Under the pieces are notes generated by a model. It was given only the letters and a program-made list of their open reading frames with translations, was not told where the DNA came from and did no database searches. Positions 8,805 through 18,657 of a stretch of 64,000 nucleotides of DNA are shown piece by piece (within the stretch, counting starts at the first letter, position 1; each line of letters begins with the position of its first letter). The stretch lies in IMG/VR virus record IMGVR_UViG_3300021255_000131, positions 32,001 through 96,000 of that record. One strand, 5' to 3'. The position numbers and the translations under genes were made by a program. The DNA comes from a virus. Its lineage: Duplodnaviria > Caudoviricetes.

Positions 8805-11800
8805 TTACACCTCTTTCTCTTTGATCGTGTGATAGGCAACCGCCCATATATCCGTCTGGTCAAGCTCAATGCGCTTACCGTCTTTATACATGCACCGTCG
8901 CTGCTCTTTCCATTTATCCAGACAGATGATTTGCCCGGCGGTCAGAGGATTTGCCCTGAACAGGTCTTTGCGAACCTTTGCAACGCCGGACTTACCTCTG
9001 CAAATATTATACAGCTTTATTTTTATTCCATATAAATCGTCAATTTCCTGCACGAAATACAGGTTGGACTCTGAAAAAGGATCGCAGGACAGGCAAATGC
9101 ACATGAACTCCAGCTCAGCGCGGAGCTGTTCTGCAATCGGGAGATCTTCGTTTGGAAGATCGTGTTCCATCTGTATCAAATGCTGAGTTCGGGCAGTAAC
9201 CGATTTTTCTGACAGGGTTTTTGTCAAGCGGTTCTTGCCATCTTTGAACTCGTTGAACACCTGAAGCAGCATTGCGCTGCCGCCAAAGGCGGAGAAATAG
9301 CCGAGACGAATCAGCAATTCAATCTGATTCTTTCGGACGCAGGATTCCATCTGTAACGCTCTGAGCAGAGACGTGAAGCTGTCGAACTGTCGTTGCCCAA
9401 GCGTATAAAGGTCTTCAGCGGCGAGCTGAGACATATCCTTGATGGAAGAAAGACTTTGAGAAATTGTTTTGTTTTCTTTATCAATGTACCAGTCCCGATT
9501 GTCCTGGCCAAACTTGCCAGGCGTCATGCGGATATGCCGGTACCGTTTCATCTCGTCGACGATCAGGGCTACCTTGGCCTTGTTGCCTTTCTCTGTGTAA
9601 AGTTTCAGCATCGTCGTATAAAATTCGTACGGGAAATGCGCTTTCAGATACGCGCCGTACAAGGAATCACAGGCCATTGAAAAAGCGTGAGCTGCACAAA
9701 ACATGTAACTCGCGGCATCGTTGATGATGGTCCAAACCTTTTCAACAATGTCGGCCGCTTCAGCGTCTGACGCGTGCTCTTTTTCTTTCAGCGTCTGTGT
9801 GAAACCTTCTTTGAAACGCTCCTTGAAAGAAGCTACTTTGGCGGCCTTCTTCTTCTTGATGGCTTTGCAGCATGTATATGCGTCTGCTGCGGAGATGCCA
9901 GCCGCCTGTAAAATCGTGAGGATCTGTTCATCGAACATCAGAAATGATGCAGGGATCTCTTTCGTTTGCAACAGTTGATCCAGCGACGGAATGCCGTAGC
10001 TGAAAGGCTGTCTCGCCACAAACGTGGACAGCATGGATTTGAAGCCGGGACGCACAGCCGCAATAAAGGCGGCAAGTTCTACCACGTTAGTTGGCTTGTA
10101 TTGCTTGACCCGTTCGGTGGTTTTCTCTCGCTCCACCTGGTTGAGCCCCATGGTGAAGCCGTTGGCGTAGAGATTCCAGACTTCTGGATCATCCTTCACC
10201 TTGTCCAGCAGTTCGTCCACCGACATGACCGGCAGGCCGCAGGCTTTGAACGCGGCGTCGATGGTTTTCACAACGTCAACGCGCAGGTAATCAGCCTTGA
10301 GATAACCGTAAGCGTCAGCGGTCTGACCATCAATATATGCCGCATATACAGCTTCTTTATTGCCGGACTTTGCCTTGACCCTGATGACGCCAATCTCACG
10401 CCGGATGTCTTTGTCCAGCAGCAGATGTGCGCAGGGGTGAGGCGACATGTTGGTGACAATGCCCTGATATTGCCGGCTGTCTTCAATGAGCTGCAGATAC
10501 TTTTGATCCACATAGTCCTCGATGTGAACATCGTCTTCGGCGTTATAATCAGGATCGTCCTGATTGTTTTCCCAGGCGTGCTTCAAATCGTTCTGATACG
10601 CCTTCAGCTGCTTGGAAATCTCATTAGAAGTATCGAAGTCCAGATTTCTGGCCCTGGCCAGCAGCTTGAACGCTGACAGCACCTTGTTGGTGCCGAAGGC
10701 GATCATTGGCAGGCAGCCCCACTCGCCGAGAATTTCCTTGCCGGCCTTCTCGAAGGCCGGAACATTGGCCATATTCAGATCCAGATCCGGGAGGGCACCG
10801 CTGGCCAAGCGTTCCCGTGAGATGAATCTTGCCGGGTACAGTTTGACCGGGCATTTGAGACGGTTGATTGACGTAAAGCCCAACGCGTAATTGGTGCCGA
10901 ATGATACGCCGGAGCCTCTGCCTGTCGTCGTGAGTACGCCGCCATACTGTATGCCTTTATCCACAATGTCTTTCATGGCAATAAAGTAATCGGCGGTTCC
11001 GGTATCGACAACGGCGTCCATTTCCTCATGGATCGCGGCGGCTTCCTCTTTGTTTGGCATACCGGCCTTTTCGATATAGCCGTAGCAGCACTCCTTCTGA
11101 TACAGCTTATTGCGCTGCTGCGGGGTCAGATCAGGACGCGAGCAGGGGATCTTCTTTTCCGTTGTGAAATGAAGGCCTTCAAAATCCCTGAGCTGCAGGG
11201 TATTCTGCATGGCTTCCTCAATCTGGGCGCGGCTCAGAACATGTTGAAATTCCAGCATCTGATAAGCCTCTTCCGCCGTAGGCAGATACAGATCGAACTC
11301 GTCCTCGTACCCGTTGTTGATGCCGGAAGAAAGCAGTTGCTCCTTGCGAAGCATCGCGTCTTCATGGCGGATATAATGGCTGTCCGTACCGTAGATCAGC
11401 GGGATGTCGAGCTTTCTGTACAGCTCCAGGATTTTCTTATTGTGCTCGACCTGGATAGCCTGCGGATGGTGCTGCACTTCAAGGTATAAATTTTCCCTGA
11501 AAATCTGCTTCAGCCTTCCTACGATGTCCTCGGCCCTGGAATCCCTTGCCGGACCTGCCACGCACGCTGTGGTGCACAGAAATTTTGCTGGATCCAGACG
11601 GGAAAGCAGGTCAAAATCGACACGCGCCTTTCGGAAGAAGCCGGACAGGTTCGCTTCGGACAGGATTTCATTCAGCTCATAGAAGCCTTCCATGTCTTTT
11701 GCGATCAGGATCAGGTGAAAGTTACGATCATCCTTCAGTTCCGGATTACGATCCGGAACGAAGTAGCATTCCGCCGCCGCCAAAGCAACCATGTTCAGCT

Positions 11801-11981
11801 TCGAGGCGACCTCGAACTGGCGCCAGACATTGGAGCGATTGCCGTGCTCGGACATACACAAAACACGCTGCCCGCGCTCGGCGTAAGCTTTGGCGTAATC
11901 CTCGATAGCCATGGTGGAATCCGGCTGCGTCAAAGGATTGGAGTAGTAGGTATGACAGTGATAGTTTTCGTACTCAAGCAC
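8805..11981 (-). CDS. dnaE: DNA polymerase III alpha subunit (PHP + DnaE catalytic domain)
   Basis: NYHCHTYYS, SEHG, TDSHY, GRGSG, PDLDLN, HPCA, KADYL. Confidence 0.95.
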   Translation of the reverse strand: MLEYENYHCHTYYSNPLTQPDSTMAIEDYAKAYAERGQRVLCMSEHGNRSNVWRQFEVASKLNMVALAAAECYFVPDRNPELKDDRNFHLILIAKDMEGFYELNEILSEANLSGFFRKARVDFDLLSRLDPAKFLCTTACVAGPARDSRAEDIVGRLKQIFRENLYLEVQHHPQAIQVEHNKKILELYRKLDIPLIYGTDSHYIRHEDAMLRKEQLLSSGINNGYEDEFDLYLPTAEEAYQMLEFQHVLSRAQIEEAMQNTLQLRDFEGLHFTTEKKIPCSRPDLTPQQRNKLYQKECCYGYIEKAGMPNKEEAAAIHEEMDAVVDTGTADYFIAMKDIVDKGIQYGGVLTTTGRGSGVSFGTNYALGFTSINRLKCPVKLYPARFISRERLASGALPDLDLNMANVPAFEKAGKEILGEWGCLPMIAFGTNKVLSAFKLLARARNLDFDTSNEISKQLKAYQNDLKHAWENNQDDPDYNAEDDVHIEDYVDQKYLQLIEDSRQYQGIVTNMSPHPCAHLLLDKDIRREIGVIRVKAKSGNKEAVYAAYIDGQTADAYGYLKADYLRVDVVKTIDAAFKACGLPVMSVDELLDKVKDDPEVWNLYANGFTMGLNQVEREKTTERVKQYKPTNVVELAAFIAAVRPGFKSMLSTFVARQPFSYGIPSLDQLLQTKEIPASFLMFDEQILTILQAAGISAADAYTCCKAIKKKKAAKVASFKERFKEGFTQTLKEKEHASDAEAADIVEKVWTIINDAASYMFCAAHAFSMACDSLYGAYLKAHFPYEFYTTMLKLYTEKGNKAKVALIVDEMKRYRHIRMTPGKFGQDNRDWYIDKENKTISQSLSSIKDMSQLAAEDLYTLGQRQFDSFTSLLRALQMESCVRKNQIELLIRLGYFSAFGGSAMLLQVFNEFKDGKNRLTKTLSEKSVTARTQHLIQMEHDLPNEDLPIAEQLRAELEFMCICLSCDPFSESNLYFVQEIDDLYGIKIKLYNICRGKSGVAKVRKDLFRANPLTAGQIICLDKWKEQRRCMYKDGKRIELDQTDIWAVAYHTIKEKEV

Positions 11982-11995
11982 AGCTTTTCACCACC

Positions 11996-12778
11996 TTACC
12001 TTTTGCGCTTGTAAGGCTGCCCGTTTGCGCAGTGATCGCGCATATTGCACAGATTTTGACAGAAGAAATCCGGCTCCGGTTTCTGCTCGAGCCAATCGAG
12101 CATTTCAAAGGACTCGATCTTGCCCATGATTTCGTCAGCCCAGGCCAGGGCGGCGTCAAAATCCTGCTTGATAAACGGGCGGGAGATGCGCATGCCATCT
12201 TCCTTGAAGAGGTTGAACATCATTTGATCCGGCCATTTGCCATATGTTTCGTAGACGTGCTGCGAATAGATGAGCTGCTGACGGAACATGGCGTCTTCGT
12301 TTTTCATGAAGGATTTCAAGGACTTGGATTTGTGGTCGACGATGATGAGCTCGCCGGTCTTTTGATCTTCGGCAATCATATCGACGATGCCGACGAATGG
12401 GCGGCCGCAGATGTTGTTCTTGAACTTCGTTTCTGTGCCGATAATTTTCAAGCCCTCGAACTCATCGAAGGTTTCAAAGTAACGCAGGCCGGCTTCGTAC
12501 GTCTTTTCCACATAGCCTTTCGCGGCAAGGATCCGTGGGAACTGGGTGACGACTTCGTCCGGGTAGCGTCGCGCATACTCCACCGGCAGCTGCTCCTTGG
12601 TAAGCAAGCCTTTGGCCCATTGATCGATCAGATCATGGATCAGCGTGCCTTGCTCGGCAAAGCCGTTGGACTTTTGCGGCAGGCCCTCCATGCGCTGGAG
12701 GTAGAAGCTGTAAGGACACTCCTCAAAAGACGTCAGCTGAGAATAGGAATAGATATGATTTTCTCTTAGCAGACCCAT
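11996..12778 (-). CDS. PD-(D/E)XK exonuclease, AddB/Cas4-like, probable Fe-S cluster
   Basis: SYSQL..FEECP, GTLIH, GIVD, IVDHKS, QQLIY, C-terminal CQNLCNMRDHC. Confidence 0.85.
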   Translation of the reverse strand: MGLLRENHIYSYSQLTSFEECPYSFYLQRMEGLPQKSNGFAEQGTLIHDLIDQWAKGLLTKEQLPVEYARRYPDEVVTQFPRILAAKGYVEKTYEAGLRYFETFDEFEGLKIIGTETKFKNNICGRPFVGIVDMIAEDQKTGELIIVDHKSKSLKSFMKNEDAMFRQQLIYSQHVYETYGKWPDQMMFNLFKEDGMRISRPFIKQDFDAALAWADEIMGKIESFEMLDWLEQKPEPDFFCQNLCNMRDHCANGQPYKRKR

Positions 12779-14079
12779 GCGTGTTCTCCATGCTTGATCT
12801 TGATCGGTTCAAAGTCAGCAACGGCGTCGCCAGCGACATGCGCAGACAGCGGGATCGGCAGTACTGATTCCACGCCGGAGGAAGACACGACCATGCAGAC
12901 CTGCACAGGCGGGCCGTACAGGCGCTTCTTCATGGTGTACTCGTCGCCAGAGCCGCACACGGAACCGTTGTGGATATAGTTGGTATGCTCCATACGCGCG
13001 TCGAAGATGTGCGTGTGTCCGGCGACGATGGTATCGACATGCCGGCCGAGCAGGTATTCGATACGCTGCGCGGAGGCTTTCAGATCCGGATCCATATCGC
13101 CATGCACGGACACGTACGTGTTGCCAAAGATATCGAACAGGCCGATGGTGTTGTCCAGAGCGTTCTCGACAAACACGACGTTTGAGAAATGCTCGAGCTT
13201 TGTTGCGCAGTACCAGGGGATCAGGTTATCCAGCTTCTCGCCGCGCAGGGCGTCGCTAAAGCTGGGATCGACTCGAGAGTGATTGCCGGGAACGGAGTTC
13301 ACATAGACGTGCCTGAACGATTCCGCCAGCATGCGAAGGAATTCAGAGACGAGCTCCGACGCGCCGACAACCTGGCGCACGATGTTTTCCCGGTTCTCCA
13401 GACGGATGGTCTGGTGAATGATACCGGACATCATATCGCCAAGCAGGGAAACGTAAATGGTGTTGATGTTCTCCGAAAAGCCGATGTTGATAAGCTTCTG
13501 CGCGTAGTGCAATACGCGGGAACTCGCGACAGACGGATCATACGTGCCGGCGCGGGACATGAACGCGATGCCGTAATGCACGTCAGACAGTAGGGCGTAG
13601 AGGGCGCGCTGCGTCGGCGCCTCCTCGGGCGCCGCCTTGCGCTTCGGTGGATCGAAGCGTTTGATTTCTTCCCGAAAGATCTCGGCGACGTTGACCGCTC
13701 TCGCTGCGCGGCGCATGACGCGATTCTGATCCGTGCGGATGTCCTGAATGAGCGCGCGTTCCCGCTGCGCTTCGGCGAGATATGCTTTGATGCCGCCATC
13801 CTTGAGCTCTGGGAGCTGCTCGGGCGGATCGTATGGGAGCTCGTCGGGATCGAGCTCCCGGTGTACAGGCGGGTTTTGCTGCAGCCGCCTGAAGCGTTTG
13901 CGCCAGCTTGAATCATCCCACGGCGGGAGATGCGGGCGTAAGACGCTGTTGAAGATGCTTGAAAGTTCTGGCCAGGTAGACTGTATCGTCCCGGCTTCCT
14001 TTAAGCAGCCGAGACGATACAGATATTCGTCCTGGATCTCTCCGGGACGAAGCTCGTAGATATCGCTTATAAGAACCAA
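12766..14079 (-). CDS. calcineurin-like metallophosphoesterase
   Basis: LSDVHYG, LGD, GNHSR, HGD, GHTH, NGS. Confidence 0.85.
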   Translation of the reverse strand: MVLISDIYELRPGEIQDEYLYRLGCLKEAGTIQSTWPELSSIFNSVLRPHLPPWDDSSWRKRFRRLQQNPPVHRELDPDELPYDPPEQLPELKDGGIKAYLAEAQRERALIQDIRTDQNRVMRRAARAVNVAEIFREEIKRFDPPKRKAAPEEAPTQRALYALLSDVHYGIAFMSRAGTYDPSVASSRVLHYAQKLINIGFSENINTIYVSLLGDMMSGIIHQTIRLENRENIVRQVVGASELVSEFLRMLAESFRHVYVNSVPGNHSRVDPSFSDALRGEKLDNLIPWYCATKLEHFSNVVFVENALDNTIGLFDIFGNTYVSVHGDMDPDLKASAQRIEYLLGRHVDTIVAGHTHIFDARMEHTNYIHNGSVCGSGDEYTMKKRLYGPPVQVCMVVSSSGVESVLPIPLSAHVAGDAVADFEPIKIKHGEHAWVC

Positions 14080-14087
14080 CTTCTTTC

Positions 14088-15938
14088 TCAGAAGGGCGCT
14101 CCAGCACTGACAGAAACACCGCGCTGCACTTTGAACTCGGGCAGCGAACCGGCGGGATCTTCAGGCATGGTGATGCCCGTATGGTCCCAGCTGTAACGCA
14201 CATGATCGCCGGCGGCCGTCTGAAAGATACGGCGGTTGCAGGGATCAAAGGAGCATTCGATGACAGGCTCAACGCCAAACTCGCGGTTCTTGCACACACG
14301 GATATTGGGCTTCTCGATATTGAGCACTGTATCAGCCAGGTTGGTGATGTTCGAAGAGCCTGCCACGTCGTCGTTCTGGAAGATGGCGTCGGCCCTGGTT
14401 TTACGTGGATGGGCAACGAGTATAACAGCCACCTTGTTCTTGACGGCAAAGCTCTTCAGGGCGCTGACAAAGTCAGACTGTGCTTTGTTTTCTTCTTCGG
14501 CAGAGCATTGCAGGGAAGACATCAGATTATCCACAAGGAACAGCTTGCAGCCATACCGACGGGCGCAGACGGAGAACACGTCCAGAATCGCTTCCTGCGT
14601 CGTCTTCTTGGTGACAAGCGTGTTGTCAAACAGGAAGAATTTGCCATCGATATAATCGCGGATCCGCTTCTGGATTTCAGGCGGTACGACGGTGAAGCGC
14701 TTATTGCTGACGCCGTCTGTTCCGTAAGCGATGTACTTGCTTTCAGTGGCCTGAAGCATGATCCACTCCAGGAACTTATAAGCCGGCAGCTCACCGGAAT
14801 ACGCGCACACGGTGTGGCCCTGCTCAATGGCGTTCAGACAGAACTGACCACCGAGGGTGGACTTGCCATGCCCGCGCTTGCCGGAGCAAACGGTGAGGGA
14901 GCCTTCGGCGAGGCCGCCGATGGCGTTGTCCAGCGCTGGAATGCGGGTATAGATGCGCGGCACTTTGGTCGGATCCACGAACTGCACGGATGCCAGGTTC
15001 AGGATGCCCTGCACAGGAGCAGGCTCACACTGGTCCACGACAGCTTTTAAGCCTTCTTTTCCCCAGCAGATCAGGATCTCGTTGGCATCCTTGCAGTTGC
15101 GGCCATAGTCTTTCCCGTTGAAGACGGCCTGCGGATATTCCGCAGGAATCATGCAGCGATCTTCACCCAAACGGGACATGAGCGTGGTCATCATATTGAT
15201 GCCAGGCTCGTCCATGTCGCCGAACAGGATGATCTGCTGAAACTTTTCAAGCCAGTTCCAGCAAGTATCGACCCACTCCATGTTATTGCAGCCACATGGC
15301 ACGGAGACGGCATTGGTGACGCCGGCTTCGTACAGGGACAGAGCGTCAATCTCACCCTCGGTGATGATCAGCGGCTTGTGGAAGGACACGAGATCCATGC
15401 CGAACAGGATGGGCTGCGTGTTGGCCATCTGCCATTCCTTGCCCATCTTGGACGTTGCCTTATCGAACGCCTTGGGCTCACGGTACTTGACGTAGATCAG
15501 CTTGTCATCCCGATAGAACGGGAACACGATGTTGCCGTTCGCGTCGCAGCCGACTTTATAGGCGGCCAGCGTTTCAGGGCTGAGCTTGCGCTGACCCAGA
15601 TAGTTAAGCGCTGTTTCGGTCAGAGGCAGCACATCTTCCGGATTCGGACGGGCGTACAGCTTCTTGCCTTTTGCGCCGCCGAAGCTTACGGAGATCGTTT
15701 CAGGAGCTTCTTCACCGAAATAGTTGCACAGCTCACGGAAAGAGCCGGACTTGCCGCACTGGCCGCGCTTGCAGTTGAACGCGCCGTTGTACAGTCCGAC
15801 GGCGAACGTATCCTGATCCCGGGAGTCGCCGCCTTCGCAGAACGGGCAGTATTTCGGGATCAATTCGCCGTTGCGGATCTTATAGGAACCAAAGTGCTTG
15901 GTGGCCATCGCTTTGACGGCGTCACTGATATTTTCCAT
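14088..15938 (-). CDS. bifunctional primase-helicase (T7 gp4/Twinkle-like)
   Basis: Zn-binding CPFC...C..C, TOPRIM EGEIDALS/DMDEPG/KDANE, Walker A GKRGHGKST, VDNL, LVAHPRK. Confidence 0.92.
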   Translation of the reverse strand: MENISDAVKAMATKHFGSYKIRNGELIPKYCPFCEGGDSRDQDTFAVGLYNGAFNCKRGQCGKSGSFRELCNYFGEEAPETISVSFGGAKGKKLYARPNPEDVLPLTETALNYLGQRKLSPETLAAYKVGCDANGNIVFPFYRDDKLIYVKYREPKAFDKATSKMGKEWQMANTQPILFGMDLVSFHKPLIITEGEIDALSLYEAGVTNAVSVPCGCNNMEWVDTCWNWLEKFQQIILFGDMDEPGINMMTTLMSRLGEDRCMIPAEYPQAVFNGKDYGRNCKDANEILICWGKEGLKAVVDQCEPAPVQGILNLASVQFVDPTKVPRIYTRIPALDNAIGGLAEGSLTVCSGKRGHGKSTLGGQFCLNAIEQGHTVCAYSGELPAYKFLEWIMLQATESKYIAYGTDGVSNKRFTVVPPEIQKRIRDYIDGKFFLFDNTLVTKKTTQEAILDVFSVCARRYGCKLFLVDNLMSSLQCSAEEENKAQSDFVSALKSFAVKNKVAVILVAHPRKTRADAIFQNDDVAGSSNITNLADTVLNIEKPNIRVCKNREFGVEPVIECSFDPCNRRIFQTAAGDHVRYSWDHTGITMPEDPAGSLPEFKVQRGVSVSAGAPF

Positions 15939-16349
15939 ACAATAAACTACCTTCTTCTTTCTTTTATTTTCGTCAGCCGAATGTTTTCGTCGAGCTTAAT
16001 ATGGTTTTGTCCGCCCCTGAGAGGGCGGAACAAACAAACATAAGCAGAAACGTTTTTGTTTCAATAGAAATAAGCGCGAGTGACAGAGGGATAAGACGAA
16101 AGACCGCTCCTTACGTGACACGCCTAATGTTAAATGCTGTAAAGCGCCAGGTGTTACGCGTAAGACGACCAATATAACAAACGATCCCAGATGGTGGAAC
16201 CCATTTGCCTAAACTTGTTGTCAACAAGAGCGAATTGAACGTTTCCCGTGCGCCGCGCGAAGCGGAATACAGAAAGCGTTGAACACGCGGATAAAAACGT
16301 TTGCTGTTCATATTCATCTGTTCAGCCTTCTCAGGGGCGGACAGTTAAA

Positions 16350-16967
16350 TCAACTGAGTATACCTGCCGACGCTGCGGCAGTCAGACAGGAATCATTGAC
16401 GCTGAAGGCCGGATCAAAGTTGACTTCTACGTCAATCAGGATCCGATCAATCTCGGCGGAACGTTCGTCCGCCTGGTCCATCAGCTTTTTCGAGGCTTCG
16501 GCAGCGACCTTCGGATCAAGCACGGGCGTCTTTTTGACGACGACCGGATACAGATACTGAGACGCGCCTGTATCGTTGATGAATGTACCGGTGCTGGTTG
16601 TGCGTTGCTCCGACTCCTTCAGTCCTGCGAGCTGGCGGAACTTGAGCCCGATGGCCCGCATCTCTCGCGCTGTATCGAGCGTGCTCTTATAGCCGGCGGC
16701 GTTCATAGCCATCGACGCGTCAATTGCCTGAGAGACCGCCGCGTACTCTTGCAGGAGTACGCGGATGAACTCAAACGCCTGGGCGGCGTTGAAGCCGGTT
16801 CTCGATGGGACAGACGCGTCGATCAGCTCGTCCTTTTCAGCGGGGACGACAGAGTGCTTCAGGTGCGCTTCAGTTGTCTTGTACTTGCCCTGATCGTCAA
16901 AGAGGAGCAGTTCGCTGATCCACTCTCCGAGTTGGCTTTTATAACGGAATGCGTCTTTGAGCTTCAT
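16350..16967 (-). CDS. hypothetical protein, possibly DIP1984-like
   Basis: MKLKDAFR start, helical composition; family call weak. Confidence 0.55.
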   Translation of the reverse strand: MKLKDAFRYKSQLGEWISELLLFDDQGKYKTTEAHLKHSVVPAEKDELIDASVPSRTGFNAAQAFEFIRVLLQEYAAVSQAIDASMAMNAAGYKSTLDTAREMRAIGLKFRQLAGLKESEQRTTSTGTFINDTGASQYLYPVVVKKTPVLDPKVAAEASKKLMDQADERSAEIDRILIDVEVNFDPAFSVNDSCLTAAASAGILS

Positions 16968-16976
16968 AAACGCTCC

Positions 16977-17375
16977 TTAGGCGCCGAACGGATCATCGTC
17001 GACGGGCATCGGGGCGGCCGCGGGCGAACGGGCTTCAGCGCCCTTAGCCTTGGCTGTGATCTTGACCTTGAACGCGTCAACGCGCAGGCGCACGCGCTTC
17101 TGGTTGTCCTTCTGGCTGACATATTCGACCATCGACAGATCGCCGACAACCTGCACAGCCGTACCCTTTTCGGCGTGCTGCACGAAAGCTTCGCCGCGCG
17201 GACCCCAGAGAGAGACGTCGTAGAAGTTTGTATCGAAGGTGCCATCGGGTTTCTTGACGGCGGTCGAGACGGCGACGGTAAAGGCCGCCACCTTCGATTT
17301 GGTTGCGCCGACTTCCTTCAGTTCGGGATCACGGACGAGGTTGCCATGGATGACGACAGTTGCATCATTTGCCAT
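16977..17375 (-). CDS. ssb: single-stranded DNA-binding protein
   Basis: GNLVRDPEL, FTVAV, KGTAVQVVG, DDDPF near C-terminus. Confidence 0.92.
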   Translation of the reverse strand: MANDATVVIHGNLVRDPELKEVGATKSKVAAFTVAVSTAVKKPDGTFDTNFYDVSLWGPRGEAFVQHAEKGTAVQVVGDLSMVEYVSQKDNQKRVRLRVDAFKVKITAKAKGAEARSPAAAPMPVDDDPFGA

Positions 17376-17433
17376 AATTGTTTTCTCCTTTTTCGTTGGC
17401 TGATTTGTTTTTGAGAAGGGACCATTCTCTTCT

Positions 17434-17461
17434 CATATATATCCATTCTTGAATGTCGACA
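17434..17461 (-). promoter_or_regulatory. 28-bp conserved element, copy 1 (candidate phage RNAP promoter)
   Basis: TGTCGACATTCAAGAATGGATATATATG on minus strand, identical to 41248-41275; upstream of ssb/primase/dnaE block. Confidence 0.7.
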
Positions 17462-17464
17462 TGC

Positions 17465-18136
17465 TTATGCCGCTTCAAGCTTGGCTAACAGGTCTGCAAG
17501 TTTCTCCGCGTCGGTGCACTTGAGATAGTTGGACATGCCGAGCACCGGCTCTACCTTTTCAACGGCGAACTTGCGCTTTTCATCCGGAGACATGGAACGG
17601 ATGAGCGTTTTGATTTTCGAGTCTACCTTGTTGAGAACGACGGCGAGATCGGCCTTTTGCTGCCTGGTCGCGTCGTCCTCTTCCGGCAAATCTTCGCCGG
17701 CGTAGATATACAAGCCGAGGCCGTGACGCGCAATAGCCTTGGTCAGCGAACGCTGAATGGCCTTATTGACCTGCATGGAGGTAACGGCGTCGGCCGGAAT
17801 CGAAGCATTCTTGAAGTCCATGACGGGCAGTTCTTCGATATACTCCTGAACGTAATCGCCGTCGACCACGGTGACGCCGGTCTTGACCCAGCATGTGCGG
17901 CCATCGGTGAAGTAGTTCCAGTCATCCTTGTTGTGGTAAACGGTATAGTAGGACAGGGGATAGCGCTTTTTCAGCTCCGCCCAGGCCCAGGCCCAGCTCA
18001 GATAGGTCAGACCGTTCTTCTTTTCCGTGTGTTTGGTAACGTCGATTTGGTTTAAGACGCTGAATACGGACTGTACTTTGGCTTCCGCGGCCGCCGCTTC
18101 GGGCGCGGCGGCCTCCGCTTTCTTGACGGGAGGCAT
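17465..18136 (-). CDS. Sak-like single-strand annealing recombinase (DUF1071)
   Basis: KKNGLTYLSWAWAW, LPVMDFKN, INKAIQRSLTKAIARHGLGLYIYAGEDLP-type motif. Confidence 0.88.
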   Translation of the reverse strand: MPPVKKAEAAAPEAAAAEAKVQSVFSVLNQIDVTKHTEKKNGLTYLSWAWAWAELKKRYPLSYYTVYHNKDDWNYFTDGRTCWVKTGVTVVDGDYVQEYIEELPVMDFKNASIPADAVTSMQVNKAIQRSLTKAIARHGLGLYIYAGEDLPEEDDATRQQKADLAVVLNKVDSKIKTLIRSMSPDEKRKFAVEKVEPVLGMSNYLKCTDAEKLADLLAKLEAA

Positions 18137-18153
18137 TGAAACACTCCTTTCTT

Positions 18154-18657
18154 TTATTGATGTAGTTTGGGTTTAGCATTGGACGACGTGAGATGATAGA
18201 AATGATCATCCCGCGTCAGGATCTCTGACATCAGAGGTTTCTTTTCCCAGAAAGCTTTGAGCCTGGCGAAGCCCTGGTCGGCCACCCTGCCAATATCCGG
18301 ATCGGGCACGCGCTTGATGAAGAGCGCGGGCCCTGTCTGATAGCCGGAAATATCGCACGGGAACCAGAACAGTCCGCCTTCCGGGTAGTATTTGCGCATC
18401 TTCTTGTTCTTGCGCCGGCCTGTTTGATACATCGTATCCCGCGTGCGGTAGCAGGAGAGAAAATCGATCATCTCCTCATGCCCGGTCAGCGTGGTGACAA
18501 GGACCTTCGGCATGGCGCCCAAGGTATTGTCCGGCTGAACGACGCGCCAGGGGGCGCGGCTTTCCGCCGTGCCCCTGGTTTTGCAGAGCACGTAAGAGGG
18601 AACGATGTTGCCTTTGCGCATATCCGTTTTCTTTACAATGGCGAGGTAGTAATACAT
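18154..18657 (-). CDS. hypothetical protein
   Basis: 167 aa ORF with AAGGAGG, overlapping end of RNAP-1. Confidence 0.7.
   Translation of the reverse strand: MYYYLAIVKKTDMRKGNIVPSYVLCKTRGTAESRAPWRVVQPDNTLGAMPKVLVTTLTGHEEMIDFLSCYRTRDTMYQTGRRKNKKMRKYYPEGGLFWFPCDISGYQTGPALFIKRVPDPDIGRVADQGFARLKAFWEKKPLMSEILTRDDHFYHLTSSNAKPKLHQ

Noticed and set aside
4772-11981. Inteins or introns in nrdD and dnaE
   Set aside because: Ordinary lengths, continuous frames, no intein boundary motifs seen
11996-12778. Cas4/CRISPR system
   Set aside because: Stand-alone AddB/Cas4-like exonuclease in a replication block; no cas genes or repeat-spacer array seen
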